The notes beneath the pieces are model-generated. The model was not told the DNA's origin. It did no database searches and worked only from the letters and a program-made list of their open reading frames with translations. Source: Candidatus Limnocylindria bacterium (GTDB lineage: Bacteria > Chloroflexota > Limnocylindria > P2-11E). From it: a stretch of 64,000 nucleotides of DNA. A program made the translations under genes and the position numbers. The stretch is taken from NCBI GenBank assembly GCA_036389935.1, contig DASWCU010000064.1, positions 3,628 through 67,627 on the forward strand, in the 5' to 3' direction. Shown piece by piece: positions 51,934 to 64,000 of the stretch (position 1 is its first letter; the number at the start of each line of letters is the position of its first letter).

Positions 51934-54050
51934 GCGCGGTCGCACGGCTTCCGCTCCTACCGACGGCCTGTGCGGTCACCGCGCTCGCGGCGCTTGGAAG
52001 CTTGTCCGTGGTGGGCGCGGGCCTCGTCGCCTGCGTCCTGGCCGCCGGCTGCGGCGCGCTCGCCCTCGCGAGCGCGGACCGTATGCGCCGGATCGCCTGG
52101 CTCGCCGCCGCCGTCTGCGCGATCGCGACGTTCGCTCGTCTGGCCATCGGTGACGTGCCGCTGCCCGCGCTCGAGGGTGACGCGCTCCACGCGCTGCGCG
52201 ACCGGCTCGGCGACCCGCTCCGGCGGCTCGTGCCCGAGCCCGAGAGCGGGATCCTTCTCGGCATCGCGCTCGGCGACCGCACGAGCATCGGGCACGACCT
52301 CGCCCTCGCGTTCGCGCGGAGCGGCACGACCCATCTGCTCGCGATCTCGGGCTTCAACATGACGCTCGTCGCGGCGGCGGTCGCGGCGATCCTGCGCGGC
52401 CGTACTGGAGCGCGCACGCGCGCCGCCGTCACCGTCGCCGCGGTCGTCGCCTACAGCCTGCTCGTCGGCCTCGGCGGCAGCGTGCTCCGCAGCGCGGTCA
52501 TGGCTTCGACCGCGGCGCTCGGGCTCGCGCTTGGCCGGCGCGCCGCCGCGGCCAACGGACTCTGCGCCGCGGTCGCGGCGATGCTCGTCCTCGATCCGCG
52601 CACGCTCGGGGACGCCGGCTTCCTGCTGAGCGTCTCCGCGACCGCCGGCCTGCTGGCGTGGCAGGCGCCGATCGCGGCGCGTCTCGGCCGGTTCCCCGCG
52701 GCCGTGCGAGAGGGCCTCGCCGCGACGCTCGCGGCGACCGCGCCGACGCTGCCGATCGTCGCGGGCATCTTCGGCCGCGTCTCGCTCGTGTCGCCCATCG
52801 CGAACCTCGTCGCGGTGCCGCTGTTCCCGCCGCTCATGGTCGCGAGCGTCGCGACCGTCGGCGCCGGCGCCGTCTCGCTCGACGCCGCATGGCCGTTCGC
52901 CCTCATCGCCTACGGTCTCGCCTTCGCGCTGCGCACCGTCGTGGAGCTCGCCGCGGCGGTCCCCGTCGCCGCGATCGACGTACCGGCCGGACCGCTGACC
53001 GCGCTCGCGTTCGCGGCGGCGATACCGCTTGTCACCGCCGCCGCCCGGCGCATCCGGCCACCGGTCCCGTTCCCACGGTGGATCGCGCTCCGTCTTGGCG
53101 GCGCGTTCCGGTCCTTTCCCGGGCGACCGCTCACCGGCCATCGCGTCGCCTGGGGCCACCGGCTCCCACTCGATGTCCCCTGGCGCGCGATCGCCATCGG
53201 CCTCGCGATCCTGCTCGCGATCGGCTCAGCGACGGTCGTGGTCGCGGCCGGCGGAGCGCCGGCGGTCCGCGTGCGGGCGCTCGACGTCGGGCAGGGTGAC
53301 GCATTTCTGCTGGAGCTCGACGGCCACCTCGCGCTCGTCGACGGTGGCCCCGAGCCGGGACGGCTGCTCGCCGAGCTGGGCGCGAGCCTGCCGCCGTGGA
53401 CGCGACGGATCGATCTCGTCGCGCTCACGCACGCGCATCTCGACCATGGGGCGGGTCTGTTGGCCGTGCTCGATCGCTACGACGTGGGGCTCGCGATCGC
53501 GCCGCGGGGCCTCAATGCGGGGCCGCTCGCCGACGGCTGGAACGAGCGCATCGCGCGTCATGGGGTGGCGCGCTCCGACGCGACGGTGGGCACGACCGTC
53601 CATCTCGGCCGGGCGACGATCCGCGTGCTGTCGCCGAACGGCGATCCAGCTGTCGACGTGCCGTCGCTCGTCCTGCGCGTCGAGCTCGGGACCCTCTCGC
53701 TGCTGTTGTGCGGCGATGTGACCGAGGCGGCGCAGGCGGATCTGCTCCTCGATCCCGCGTCACTGCGAGCGCGCGTGTACGTCCCGCCGCATCATGGCGC
53801 GGCGACGCCATACGCCGCCGCGCTCGTCGGTGCGGTCGCTCCGGAGATCGCGCTGATCTCGGTCGGCTTCGAGAATCGCTACGGTCATCCGACCGCCGAG
53901 ACGCTCGACGCCCTCGCATCGGTCGCGACCTATCGGACGGATCGCGATGGCACGGTCGCGGTGGCCGTCGACGGTGCTCGCGTCGCGGTGCGGACGCACG
54001 CGAATGGGCTCGCGCCACCTCGTCCCGGATACGGCCGCGCCGGACGCTAG
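51930..54050 (+). CDS. comEC: DNA internalisation competence protein ComEC/Rec2 (DUF4131 + Competence + metallo-beta-lactamase domains)
   Basis: ATGA-coupled to comEA; polytopic membrane domain then MBL 'HAHLDHGAG'. Confidence 0.85.
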   Translation: MSAVARLPLLPTACAVTALAALGSLSVVGAGLVACVLAAGCGALALASADRMRRIAWLAAAVCAIATFARLAIGDVPLPALEGDALHALRDRLGDPLRRLVPEPESGILLGIALGDRTSIGHDLALAFARSGTTHLLAISGFNMTLVAAAVAAILRGRTGARTRAAVTVAAVVAYSLLVGLGGSVLRSAVMASTAALGLALGRRAAAANGLCAAVAAMLVLDPRTLGDAGFLLSVSATAGLLAWQAPIAARLGRFPAAVREGLAATLAATAPTLPIVAGIFGRVSLVSPIANLVAVPLFPPLMVASVATVGAGAVSLDAAWPFALIAYGLAFALRTVVELAAAVPVAAIDVPAGPLTALAFAAAIPLVTAAARRIRPPVPFPRWIALRLGGAFRSFPGRPLTGHRVAWGHRLPLDVPWRAIAIGLAILLAIGSATVVVAAGGAPAVRVRALDVGQGDAFLLELDGHLALVDGGPEPGRLLAELGASLPPWTRRIDLVALTHAHLDHGAGLLAVLDRYDVGLAIAPRGLNAGPLADGWNERIARHGVARSDATVGTTVHLGRATIRVLSPNGDPAVDVPSLVLRVELGTLSLLLCGDVTEAAQADLLLDPASLRARVYVPPHHGAATPYAAALVGAVAPEIALISVGFENRYGHPTAETLDALASVATYRTDRDGTVAVAVDGARVAVRTHANGLAPPRPGYGRAGR

Positions 54051-54061
54051 GCTCGGTCGAG

Positions 54062-55153
54062 GTGTCGCAGCGATCCGCCGCCGGCCGCCAGCTCTACCTG
54101 ATCCATGGCGACGACCCGTATCGCGCGCGGCTCCGAGCGGCCGAGCTGGTGTCGGCGCTGGAGCGTGGCGCCCCGGGGCCGACCGATCTCCGCACGCAGC
54201 GCTCGGCCGACCTCGGTGATCGCCTCGGTCTGACCCGGCACGACGCCCGTACCGCGTCCGGCGCCGTCATCCTGATGAGCGGACAGGCCCAGGGGCTGTT
54301 CGACGCGGTGGACGAGCGCCGCACGGTGGTCGTCGAGCACGCGGAGGCGCTGAAGGACGTCGAGCTCGTCGCGCGCTTCCCGGCCGAGGCCGCGCTCGTG
54401 CTCGTGAGCGAGGAGAAGATCGCCGCACGCGCCAGGCGGGGTGCGCGCGCGAAAGAGACCGCGACGCCGGCCGATCTACCGGCCGCGGTCGAAGCCGCCG
54501 GCGGTGCCGTCGAGCGGATCGCCCGGCTCAATGCGAACGAGCTGCCGGGCTGGATCGCCGCCCGGGCCACATTGCTGGGCGTCGAGCTCGCGCCCGATGC
54601 GATCACGGAGCTGGCCGGGGCCGTCGGGCCGGATAGCGAGCGCATCGATCAGGAGCTCGCCAAGCTCGGTGCGTTCGCCTCGGGGGCGCGCGTGAGCGGG
54701 GCGGATGTCCGCGCGCTCGTCAGCGGCGCGATCGAAGGCGACGTCTTCGCGCTCGCCGAGGCGATCGTGCGCGAGCGGAGCGGCGAGGCGCTCGCGCGGC
54801 TCGACCGCCTGCTCGCCGATGGCCAGGCGCCCCAGCAGATCCTGGCTCTCCTGCTCTGGCAGTTCCGGGTGCTCCTGTTCGCGTCGGCGATGCAGGGCCG
54901 CGCCGATGCCGAGCGGATGGCAAAGGCGATCCGCGGCTCCGCGTACTCGCTCGAACGGTGGCGGCCGTTCGCGCGCGGGGTCAACCGTGGCAGGATCGTG
55001 CGCGCCTACGAGGCGATCTACTCGACGGATCTCGCGATCAAGCAGGGCCGGACCGATCCGGAGACGGCGATGACGCTCTGCGTGCTCGATCTCTGCGGCG
55101 TGCACGCCGCGGATCCCCGTGAGCTCGTGGTCGGCGAGCCGCCCCGCCGCTGA
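54062..55153 (+). CDS. holA: DNA polymerase III subunit delta (HolA)
   Basis: 'LYLIHGDDPYRARLRAAEL' delta N-terminus; position after comEC matches the conserved comEA-comEC-holA order. Confidence 0.7.
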   Translation: MSQRSAAGRQLYLIHGDDPYRARLRAAELVSALERGAPGPTDLRTQRSADLGDRLGLTRHDARTASGAVILMSGQAQGLFDAVDERRTVVVEHAEALKDVELVARFPAEAALVLVSEEKIAARARRGARAKETATPADLPAAVEAAGGAVERIARLNANELPGWIAARATLLGVELAPDAITELAGAVGPDSERIDQELAKLGAFASGARVSGADVRALVSGAIEGDVFALAEAIVRERSGEALARLDRLLADGQAPQQILALLLWQFRVLLFASAMQGRADAERMAKAIRGSAYSLERWRPFARGVNRGRIVRAYEAIYSTDLAIKQGRTDPETAMTLCVLDLCGVHAADPRELVVGEPPRR

Positions 55154-55154
55154 G

Positions 55155-57544
<2,390 letters not shown>

Positions 57545-57598
57545 CTACCTCTTGCCCGATGACGCCCGCTGCCCGCTCCGCTCTTCGCTCCGCGATCG

Positions 57599-58576
57599 TT
57601 ACCCCAGCGGGAACGGGAGCGAGTGGAGCACGACGAGCCGGGGCCGCTCAGCGCCGCCGCTCGGCGGATTCGTCGGCACGCCGACCGGCTCCTCTCGCCG
57701 GCAATCGTCCATTCCGCCGTCGAACCGGATCGCGCGGAAACGCGCGTCGCCCAGGAGCCCTCGCTCTTCGCCCTCGTGATCGACGATCGCGACGAGCCGC
57801 GGTCGGAGCCAGACCATGCCCGGCCGGAGCGGCATCGGTCCCGCGAAGGGTGACCCCTCTCCGCGGAACGCCCGCGTCGCTTCGTCGAGCCACCCCGCGA
57901 GGTATGGCGGCACGTATGCCTCGCCGGCGAACGCGAGCGATCGATCGTCGTTCGCCCAGCCACAGAGGACGGCCCGGGCGCCGCGCGATTCATCCACGAC
58001 GAGCCCGCCGATCGCCACGTCCGCGCGGGGCGTGACGAGGCATTTCAGCCAATCGGCGCTGCGCGCTCCGGGCACGTAGCGTCCGTCGCGCCGTTTCGCC
58101 ACGACACCTTCCAGGCCGTACTCGGCGACGACCTCCAGGAACGGCTCGCCGTCGGCCTCGAGGTGCTCCGGCACGACGAGGCCCTTCCCGGCGAGACCTC
58201 GGGCCGCCAGCCGCGCTCGCCGCTCCTCGAGCGCCAGGCCGAGCAGCGACCGGTGGTCGTCGTAGAGGAGGTCGAAGGCGACGAAGATCGGGCCGCGCCC
58301 GCGCTTCGCGGCCTTGGGACCCAGTCGCCCGACCAGGAGGTCGTAGCTCGGCCGGCCCCGCGAGTCGCAGACGATGATCTCGCCGTCGAGGACGGTGCCC
58401 GCCGGGAGCCGGAGCGTGCGCAGCTCGGGCACGGCCGGCAGGAGGTCGCCACCCCGCCGATCGGTGATCCGCAGGCCGCTCGCGTCGCTCGAAACGAGCG
58501 CACGGAGGCCGTCCCACTTCAGCTCGAACAGGTGGTCCGGCGAATTGAACGCGTCCTCCGCGAGTCGCGGTCGCAT
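57599..58576 (-). CDS. ATP-dependent DNA ligase (adenylation + OB domains; LigC-like) adjacent to ku
   Basis: 'FELKWDGLRAL' KxDG motif I; start taken at the internal Met preceding the adenylation domain (ORF start at 58666 is the alternative). Confidence 0.7.
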   Translation of the reverse strand: MRPRLAEDAFNSPDHLFELKWDGLRALVSSDASGLRITDRRGGDLLPAVPELRTLRLPAGTVLDGEIIVCDSRGRPSYDLLVGRLGPKAAKRGRGPIFVAFDLLYDDHRSLLGLALEERRARLAARGLAGKGLVVPEHLEADGEPFLEVVAEYGLEGVVAKRRDGRYVPGARSADWLKCLVTPRADVAIGGLVVDESRGARAVLCGWANDDRSLAFAGEAYVPPYLAGWLDEATRAFRGEGSPFAGPMPLRPGMVWLRPRLVAIVDHEGEERGLLGDARFRAIRFDGGMDDCRREEPVGVPTNPPSGGAERPRLVVLHSLPFPLG

Positions 58577-58705
58577 CGGTGCGAGCGTGCGCGGTAGGGC
58601 CGACGGCGCCGGTGGGGTATCGAGCAGCCGCGGGTGATCGGGACCGGCGCGGGCCGCTCTCGTCATCCTGATCGAGTATGCGGTCCGCGCTTGCCGCCCG
58701 CGGGC

Positions 58706-59599
58706 TTAGGACGCCTTCCGCCGCGCGGTCTTCGTCCGCGAAGACTCGCGCGCCGTCGTCTTCGGATGGACGAGCGATTCGTGGCCGCCTCTTCCGGCGC
58801 GGCCGCGCACCTTCTCGCCCTGCTTCGCCTTCTCGACCGAGGCCTTGAGCGCCGACATGAGGTCCACCACCGTGGTCTCGGCCTCGGGCTCGGGCGCCTC
58901 GACGAGATCCATGCGGTTCTCGACCTTCGCCTCGACGATCTTCTCGAGGGCCTGCTTGTACTCGTCCCTGAATTCGTCGGGCTCGAACTTCATCGCCATC
59001 ATCTCGACGAGGTTCTCCGCCATCTTCAGCTCGGCCGGGGAGACCTTCACGTCGCCCGGCAGGTCCAGGTCTTCGGTCGAGCGGATCTCATCGGGCCAGT
59101 GCAGCGTGTTCAGCAGGAGCGCGCCATCGAGCGCACGGAGCGAAACGAGTCGCTCACGGTCACGGAGCGCGAACTTGGCGATGGCGATGCGGCCGCTCTT
59201 CTCGAGCGTCTTGTTCAGCAGCGCGTACGGCTTCTGTGCGGACTTCTCCGGCTCGAGGTAGTACGCGGCCTGGTAGTAGACGGGGCCAGGCAGGTCCTCG
59301 TCCTTGATGAAGCCGGCGATGTCGATGGCCTTGCTGCTCTCGAGCGGCAGCTTCTCGAGGTCGTCGTCGTCGAGGACGACGTAGTTGCCCTTCTCGTACT
59401 CGTAGCCGCGGACGACGTCACCCCACGCGACCTCGTGGTCGCCCTCGGGGCACCAGCGCTTGTTCTTGATCCGCGTCTTGTGGTCAGGGCAGAGCAGGTG
59501 GAACGAGACCTTCGATGTGCTCTCGGTCGCGAGGTACAGGCGGATGGGGATCGCGACCATCCCGAAGCTGACCACACCGCGCCAGATCGATCTCGGCAT
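58706..59599 (-). CDS. ku: non-homologous end joining protein Ku
   Basis: 'SIWRGVVSFGMVAIPIRLY' Ku N-terminus; ATG 5 nt after AGGTGG. Confidence 0.85.
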   Translation of the reverse strand: MPRSIWRGVVSFGMVAIPIRLYLATESTSKVSFHLLCPDHKTRIKNKRWCPEGDHEVAWGDVVRGYEYEKGNYVVLDDDDLEKLPLESSKAIDIAGFIKDEDLPGPVYYQAAYYLEPEKSAQKPYALLNKTLEKSGRIAIAKFALRDRERLVSLRALDGALLLNTLHWPDEIRSTEDLDLPGDVKVSPAELKMAENLVEMMAMKFEPDEFRDEYKQALEKIVEAKVENRMDLVEAPEPEAETTVVDLMSALKASVEKAKQGEKVRGRAGRGGHESLVHPKTTARESSRTKTARRKAS

Positions 59600-59707
59600 C
59601 GTTACCACCTCTCCGTCTGCCTGGCCGCACGACGCGCGGCTAGCCGCGCGCCCAGCGTAGCGACCTCTGTCAAGGCGCGCATGACCCGTGCCGCGGCTCG
59701 CCGGCCG

Positions 59708-60106
59708 TCAGGGCGTACGCGCGAGGCGCAGGAGGTGGCGGAGCGAGGCGGGGTCCCCGTGCCAGTGCTCGGCGACGATCTCCGTGGGCGCCGTGCGGAC
59801 CACGTACCGGAGCGCCAGCGCCGCGATGATCGCGTCGTCCAGCGCACCCGCGACCGGCACGAAGTCCGGGATGATGTCGATCGGGAACGCGAGATACGCC
59901 GCGGTGATCCCGAGCACGACCTTCGCCCGGCGGGGCACTCGCGGATCGGCCAGCAGGCCGCTGAACAGCCGCACGAGGTTCGGGACGAGCGACGCCACCT
60001 CGCGCGCGAGCGGACCGCGGCCCGCCACGACGAGCCCGACGATGATCGCGAGCCACGCGAGCGCGACGATCGCGACGGCTGCGACGAGTCCCTCCACCGC
60101 GTCCAC
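59708..60106 (-). CDS. DUF1232 (YkvA-like) membrane protein
   Basis: 'IDIIPDFVPVAGALDD' DUF1232 motif. Confidence 0.6.
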   Translation of the reverse strand: MDAVEGLVAAVAIVALAWLAIIVGLVVAGRGPLAREVASLVPNLVRLFSGLLADPRVPRRAKVVLGITAAYLAFPIDIIPDFVPVAGALDDAIIAALALRYVVRTAPTEIVAEHWHGDPASLRHLLRLARTP

Positions 60107-60118
60107 CGCTCGGCCGGC

Positions 60119-61744
60119 TCAGGCCGCGATCGCGCGCTCCGCGAGGCGCGTGGGCATGTTGCCGGTCGAGACCAGCGCGTCGTGGAACGCACGGAGCGCC
60201 GCGACGTCGCTGCGGCCGCGCCCGGCGAGCCACCTGGTCCGGATGTCGACGATCTCGAGCATGCCGGTGAGATACGCGGAGGCCTGCGTCGGGGTCGAGC
60301 AGTACCGGCCGACCTCGGCTCGCGCGTTCGGCTCGGTGAGGTTGGCCTTGTCCATCATGAACCGCACGGCCTCGTCGAACGTCATCTCGCCCATGTGCAG
60401 GCTCGTGTCGACCACGATGCGCGCCGCGCGGAAGATCGTCGCCTCGTACTGATAGAGCTCCTGCCTCGGATCGGAGAAGAAGCCCTGCTCGCGCATGACG
60501 CGCTCCGCGTAGAGCGCCCAGCCCTCCGAGAAGTATGAGGTGTTGAAGACCCTCCGGATCCGCGACGGATTGGCCTTCGCCATCACGAGGTGCCAGTGGT
60601 GGCCGGGGTAGGCCTCGTGCACCGCCGTCGTCGGAATGCCCGCGCTGCAGTTGCCCTCGAGACGCTTCTGCACCTCCTCCGCGGAGGTGCCCTCCGGCGG
60701 ATAGGGCACGAAGAAGTGGCCGGCGAGGGACTCGCTGAACGCGGGCGGGCGGTTGTACGAGGCGACGGCGAGGACCGGCCGCTGGAAGGGTGGGGATGGC
60801 TCGACGCTGCAGCGCTCGCCGGGCGGAAGCGTCACGAGGCCGCGGTCGCGCAGGAAGGTCCTCGCCCGCTCGGTCCACTCGGCGTACTCCTGACGCATGC
60901 CGTCGGGCGTCGGAGCGTGCACCCGGTTCAAGGCGGCCAGGAGCCCGACCCAGTCCTCGTTCCCCGCGATGTCCTTCGCGAGGCGGCGCGCCTCGGCCGC
61001 GAGGAGGTCGTACTGCTCGCGTCCGCGCTCACGAAGCTCCCGCGCGTCGTACGGAAGGAGCTCTTTCTCCCGAAGGAGCGCGGTGTAGAGCTCTCCGCCG
61101 ATCGCGTAGTCGCCAATGGCCTTGTCCTTCTTCTCCTGCAGGAACGCCGCGAACGCGTCGAACGCGTCGCCCGCCTCGGCGCCCACCGCTTCGAGCCGCT
61201 CGCGCTGCTCGGGGTCGCTCACCTCCTGGGGCACCAGCTCGCGGGCGTAGCGAGCGGCGGCGCGGGCCTGTCCGATCGCCCGGTCGACGTAGACCCGAGG
61301 CGCGAGCGTGAAGTCGAGGTTGTCCATCCCCTGACGCAGCGCGCGCGGGACCTCGGCCAGGCGGGCGCGGGCAGCGTCGGCGAGATCGCCCTCCGGGCGC
61401 AGACGGTGAAGGAAGAGGCCGAACACGCCTTGGAGCGGGGGATTGAGGTATGTCGCCGGCTGCCGCTCCCAGTTACGCCGCGGCGCCGTGAGCTCGCGGC
61501 CGCGCAGGATCGAAACGAGGAACTCGCGGTCGATCCGCTCCGCGGGCGCCAGGCCGTCCTCGGGAAGAGCGGCGAAGCGGCGCAGCCAGGCGCCGGCGCG
61601 CTCGTCGCGCCGCCGGAAGGCGTCGGCGGAGAGGTCGTCGAGCCGCTCGTCGTATTCGGTGAGGCCGAGGGCGCTCGCCGTCACCGGGGAGTCGTCGAGC
61701 TCCTCCTTCAGGAACGCGTCCGCGAGCTCCGCGTACGACGGCAT
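60119..61744 (-). CDS. DUF885 family protein
   Basis: 'AVHEAYPGHHWHL' DUF885 signature; ATG at 61744 with RBS GGGGAGGG; the upstream part of the ORF overlaps divergent ligD. Confidence 0.7.
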   Translation of the reverse strand: MPSYAELADAFLKEELDDSPVTASALGLTEYDERLDDLSADAFRRRDERAGAWLRRFAALPEDGLAPAERIDREFLVSILRGRELTAPRRNWERQPATYLNPPLQGVFGLFLHRLRPEGDLADAARARLAEVPRALRQGMDNLDFTLAPRVYVDRAIGQARAAARYARELVPQEVSDPEQRERLEAVGAEAGDAFDAFAAFLQEKKDKAIGDYAIGGELYTALLREKELLPYDARELRERGREQYDLLAAEARRLAKDIAGNEDWVGLLAALNRVHAPTPDGMRQEYAEWTERARTFLRDRGLVTLPPGERCSVEPSPPFQRPVLAVASYNRPPAFSESLAGHFFVPYPPEGTSAEEVQKRLEGNCSAGIPTTAVHEAYPGHHWHLVMAKANPSRIRRVFNTSYFSEGWALYAERVMREQGFFSDPRQELYQYEATIFRAARIVVDTSLHMGEMTFDEAVRFMMDKANLTEPNARAEVGRYCSTPTQASAYLTGMLEIVDIRTRWLAGRGRSDVAALRAFHDALVSTGNMPTRLAERAIAA

Positions 61745-61771
61745 GCCGCCCTCCCCGACAATTCGTAGGCG

Positions 61772-64000
61772 GTGAGTCTGACCGAATACCAGCGCAAGCG
61801 CGATTTCAAGCGGACGCCCGAGCCGAAGGGGAGCGTGGCCGCTCCCGCGCCGAAGGCGCGCTACGTCGTCCACCGTCATCACGCGACGCGCCTCCACTGG
61901 GACGTGCGGCTCGAGATGGCCGGCGTGCTCGCGTCATGGGCCGTCCCACATGGCCCGCCGCTCGAGGCCGGCAAGCGGCGTCTCGCGGTCCACACCGAGG
62001 ACCATCCGATCGAATACCTGACGTTCCATGGCGTGATCCCCGACGGCTACGGCGCCGGGACGATGACCATCTGGGACGAGGGCACCTACGAGCTCCTGCT
62101 CGCGAAGCCCGGTCGCGCCGAACGCGGCGGCGAGTACAAGATCAAGTTCGACGGACGTCGGCTCACGGGCGAGTACGTCATCGTGCAGACGTCCGCGCAT
62201 GAGGGCCGCGACTGGCTGATGATCATGCACGGCACGCCCCCGAAGGACGATCCGCTCCAGGCCAAGATCACCCCGATGCTCGCGACCTCGTCGGACGAGC
62301 CGTTCGATTCGCCCCAGTTCACCTACGAGCCGAAGTGGGACGGTGTCCGGACACTCGCCTTCGTGGACGGCGGCGAGGTGCGGCTGCAGACCCGCAACCT
62401 CCTCGACTGCACGAAGCAGTACCCCGAAGCGACCGCGGTCGCGGAGGCGCTCACCGGCGGATATCAGGCGATCGTCGACGGCGAGGTCGTCGCGTTCGAC
62501 GAGCGCGGCGTGCCGTCCTTCCAACGGCTGCAGCCGCGGATGCATCAGCGCGACGAGTCCGCGGTCGGCCGGCTGCGACGGAGCGTTCCGGTCGTGTACG
62601 AGGTCTTCGACCTCCTCTATCTCGACGGCGACGATCTCACCCGCCAGCCGCTGCGAGAGCGCCGCCGCCGGCTCGAGGCGGCGCTCACCCCGATGGGCCC
62701 GATCCGGCTCTCCGAGGGCTTCCCCGGCACGGGGCGCGCGCTGTTCGCCGCGGTGCGCGAGCAGGGGCTCGAGGGCATCGTCGCGAAGCGGCTCGACGCT
62801 CCGTACGTGACCGGGCGCTCGGCGTCGTGGGTGAAGATCAAGGCCCAGCGTTCGATGGAGTGCGTGATCGGCGGCTGGACCGAGGGGCGGGGCGGCCGGC
62901 ATAGCACGCTCGGCGCGTTGCTCCTCGGGATCTACCGCGACGGCGCGCTCGTGCCGATCGGTCACGTCGGCAGCGGCTTCGACGATCGGACGCTGCGCGA
63001 CCTGCTCGCCACGCTTCGCGACCAGCAGTCCCCGAGCTCACCCTTCGCGTCGCCGCCGCGGGTGAACCAGCCCGCCACCTGGTGCTTCCCCACGCTCGTC
63101 TGCGAGGTCCGGTATTCGGAGATCACCCGCGACGGCACCCTCCGCCACCCGGTCTACCTCGGGCTGCGTAGCGACGTCGACCCGAAGGAGTGCACTGGCC
63201 AGGAGATTGCCGCGTCAGCGAAAGAGGCGCAGCGGGCGGCGGAACGCGCGGCGCGGACCGAACGCCCGGCGGAGGTGAGCGCGGAAGTGGGCCAGGCGCG
63301 CAAGGCGCGGATGCCGGCGGTCCTGCGCGTGGACGGTCACGACATCAAGCTCACGAACCTCGAGAAGGTCCTGTTCCCCGAGGACGGGTACACGAAGGCC
63401 GACCTGATCCGCTACTACACCGAGGTCTCGCCGTTCCTCATCCCCGCCATCCGCGACCGCCCGCTGACGCTCAAGCCCTTTCCCGACGGGATCAGCGGGC
63501 CGAGCTTCTACCAGAAGGACAAGCCGAGCTTCACGCCGCGGTGGATCAAGAGCTGGAAGGACGCCGAGGCCGATCGCGAGGGTGGGATCGATTACATCCT
63601 GGGGAACGACCTGGCCACGATCGTGTGGCTCGCCAACTACACGGCCCTCGAGATCCACCCGTGGCTCGCACGCGTCGACAAGCCCGACAACCCGGACCTC
63701 GCGATCATCGACCTCGACCCCGCGGCCGGCGCGACCTGGGACGACGTGAAGGCCGCGGCGATGATCGTGAAGGACCTGCTCGACGCGCGGGACATGCAGG
63801 GCTTCCCCAAGACGACCGGCTCACGTGGCATCCACGTCCTCGTGCCGATCGCGCGACGCTACGGCTATGACGAGTCGCGCGGCTTCGTCGAGGACGTCGG
63901 AAAGGCGGCGCGCGAGAAGGATCCGAAGCTGATCACGCTGACGTTCGCGAAGCGCGAGCGTCGCGGCATCTACGTCGACTACCTCCAGAACGTCCGCGGC
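61772..64000 (+). CDS. ligD: multifunctional NHEJ ligase LigD (phosphoesterase-ligase-polymerase order), 3' end outside window; not listed in the ORF track because it has no stop in the window
   Basis: PE domain 'YQRKRDFKRTPEP...VVHRHHATRLHWDVRLE', ligase 'YEPKWDGVR', Pol domain 'LAIIDLDP...TTGSRGIHVLVP'; GTG at 61772. Confidence 0.8.
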   Translation, partial: MSLTEYQRKRDFKRTPEPKGSVAAPAPKARYVVHRHHATRLHWDVRLEMAGVLASWAVPHGPPLEAGKRRLAVHTEDHPIEYLTFHGVIPDGYGAGTMTIWDEGTYELLLAKPGRAERGGEYKIKFDGRRLTGEYVIVQTSAHEGRDWLMIMHGTPPKDDPLQAKITPMLATSSDEPFDSPQFTYEPKWDGVRTLAFVDGGEVRLQTRNLLDCTKQYPEATAVAEALTGGYQAIVDGEVVAFDERGVPSFQRLQPRMHQRDESAVGRLRRSVPVVYEVFDLLYLDGDDLTRQPLRERRRRLEAALTPMGPIRLSEGFPGTGRALFAAVREQGLEGIVAKRLDAPYVTGRSASWVKIKAQRSMECVIGGWTEGRGGRHSTLGALLLGIYRDGALVPIGHVGSGFDDRTLRDLLATLRDQQSPSSPFASPPRVNQPATWCFPTLVCEVRYSEITRDGTLRHPVYLGLRSDVDPKECTGQEIAASAKEAQRAAERAARTERPAEVSAEVGQARKARMPAVLRVDGHDIKLTNLEKVLFPEDGYTKADLIRYYTEVSPFLIPAIRDRPLTLKPFPDGISGPSFYQKDKPSFTPRWIKSWKDAEADREGGIDYILGNDLATIVWLANYTALEIHPWLARVDKPDNPDLAIIDLDPAAGATWDDVKAAAMIVKDLLDARDMQGFPKTTGSRGIHVLVPIARRYGYDESRGFVEDVGKAAREKDPKLITLTFAKRERRGIYVDYLQNVRG

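Overview
This 64 kb window is a core chromosomal segment of a high-GC (~72%) bacterium. Gene order looks Gram-positive-like (Actinobacteria, Thermoleophilia or Chloroflexi type); this is a guess from composition and synteny. I call 63 coding genes, most in tight operons, and many junctions use 4-nt GTGA or ATGA start/stop overlaps.

Main gene blocks:
- yidC-jag at the left edge, then a tmRNA gene (ssrA) that the ORF track does not show.
- An accessory-looking stretch with a histidine phosphatase, a DinB-like protein, an Hsp90-like GHKL ATPase carrying a C-terminal HExxH motif, and a SET-domain protein.
- An SsuABC-type ABC transporter, then the complete Pho regulon pstSCAB-phoU with its two-component system and direct-repeat PHO boxes upstream of pstS.
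- ftsE-ftsX-M23 peptidase-smpB.
- parA-parB-gyrB-gyrA on the minus strand, with a parS-like site upstream of parA.
- mreD-mrdA-rodA, tRNA-Ala, leuS, comEA-comEC-holA, pyrG, and an NHEJ cluster (Ku, a standalone ATP-dependent ligase, and a PE-Lig-Pol LigD that runs off the window).

The observations I think deserve a second look:
- gyrA encodes a 1418-aa precursor holding two separate inteins: a 157-aa mini-intein and a 423-aa LAGLIDADG-type intein at the classical site after the catalytic Tyr.
- A near-perfect T-box antiterminator core plus intrinsic terminator sits directly 3' of the tRNA-Ala gene, with no Stem I or specifier domain, upstream of leuS.
- A ~76-nt structured repeat occurs twice, in the leuS leader and upstream of comEA, with a compensatory change in its hairpin. 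Related half-sites cluster in the tmRNA 3' flank.

I found no CRISPR array, integrase or prophage.
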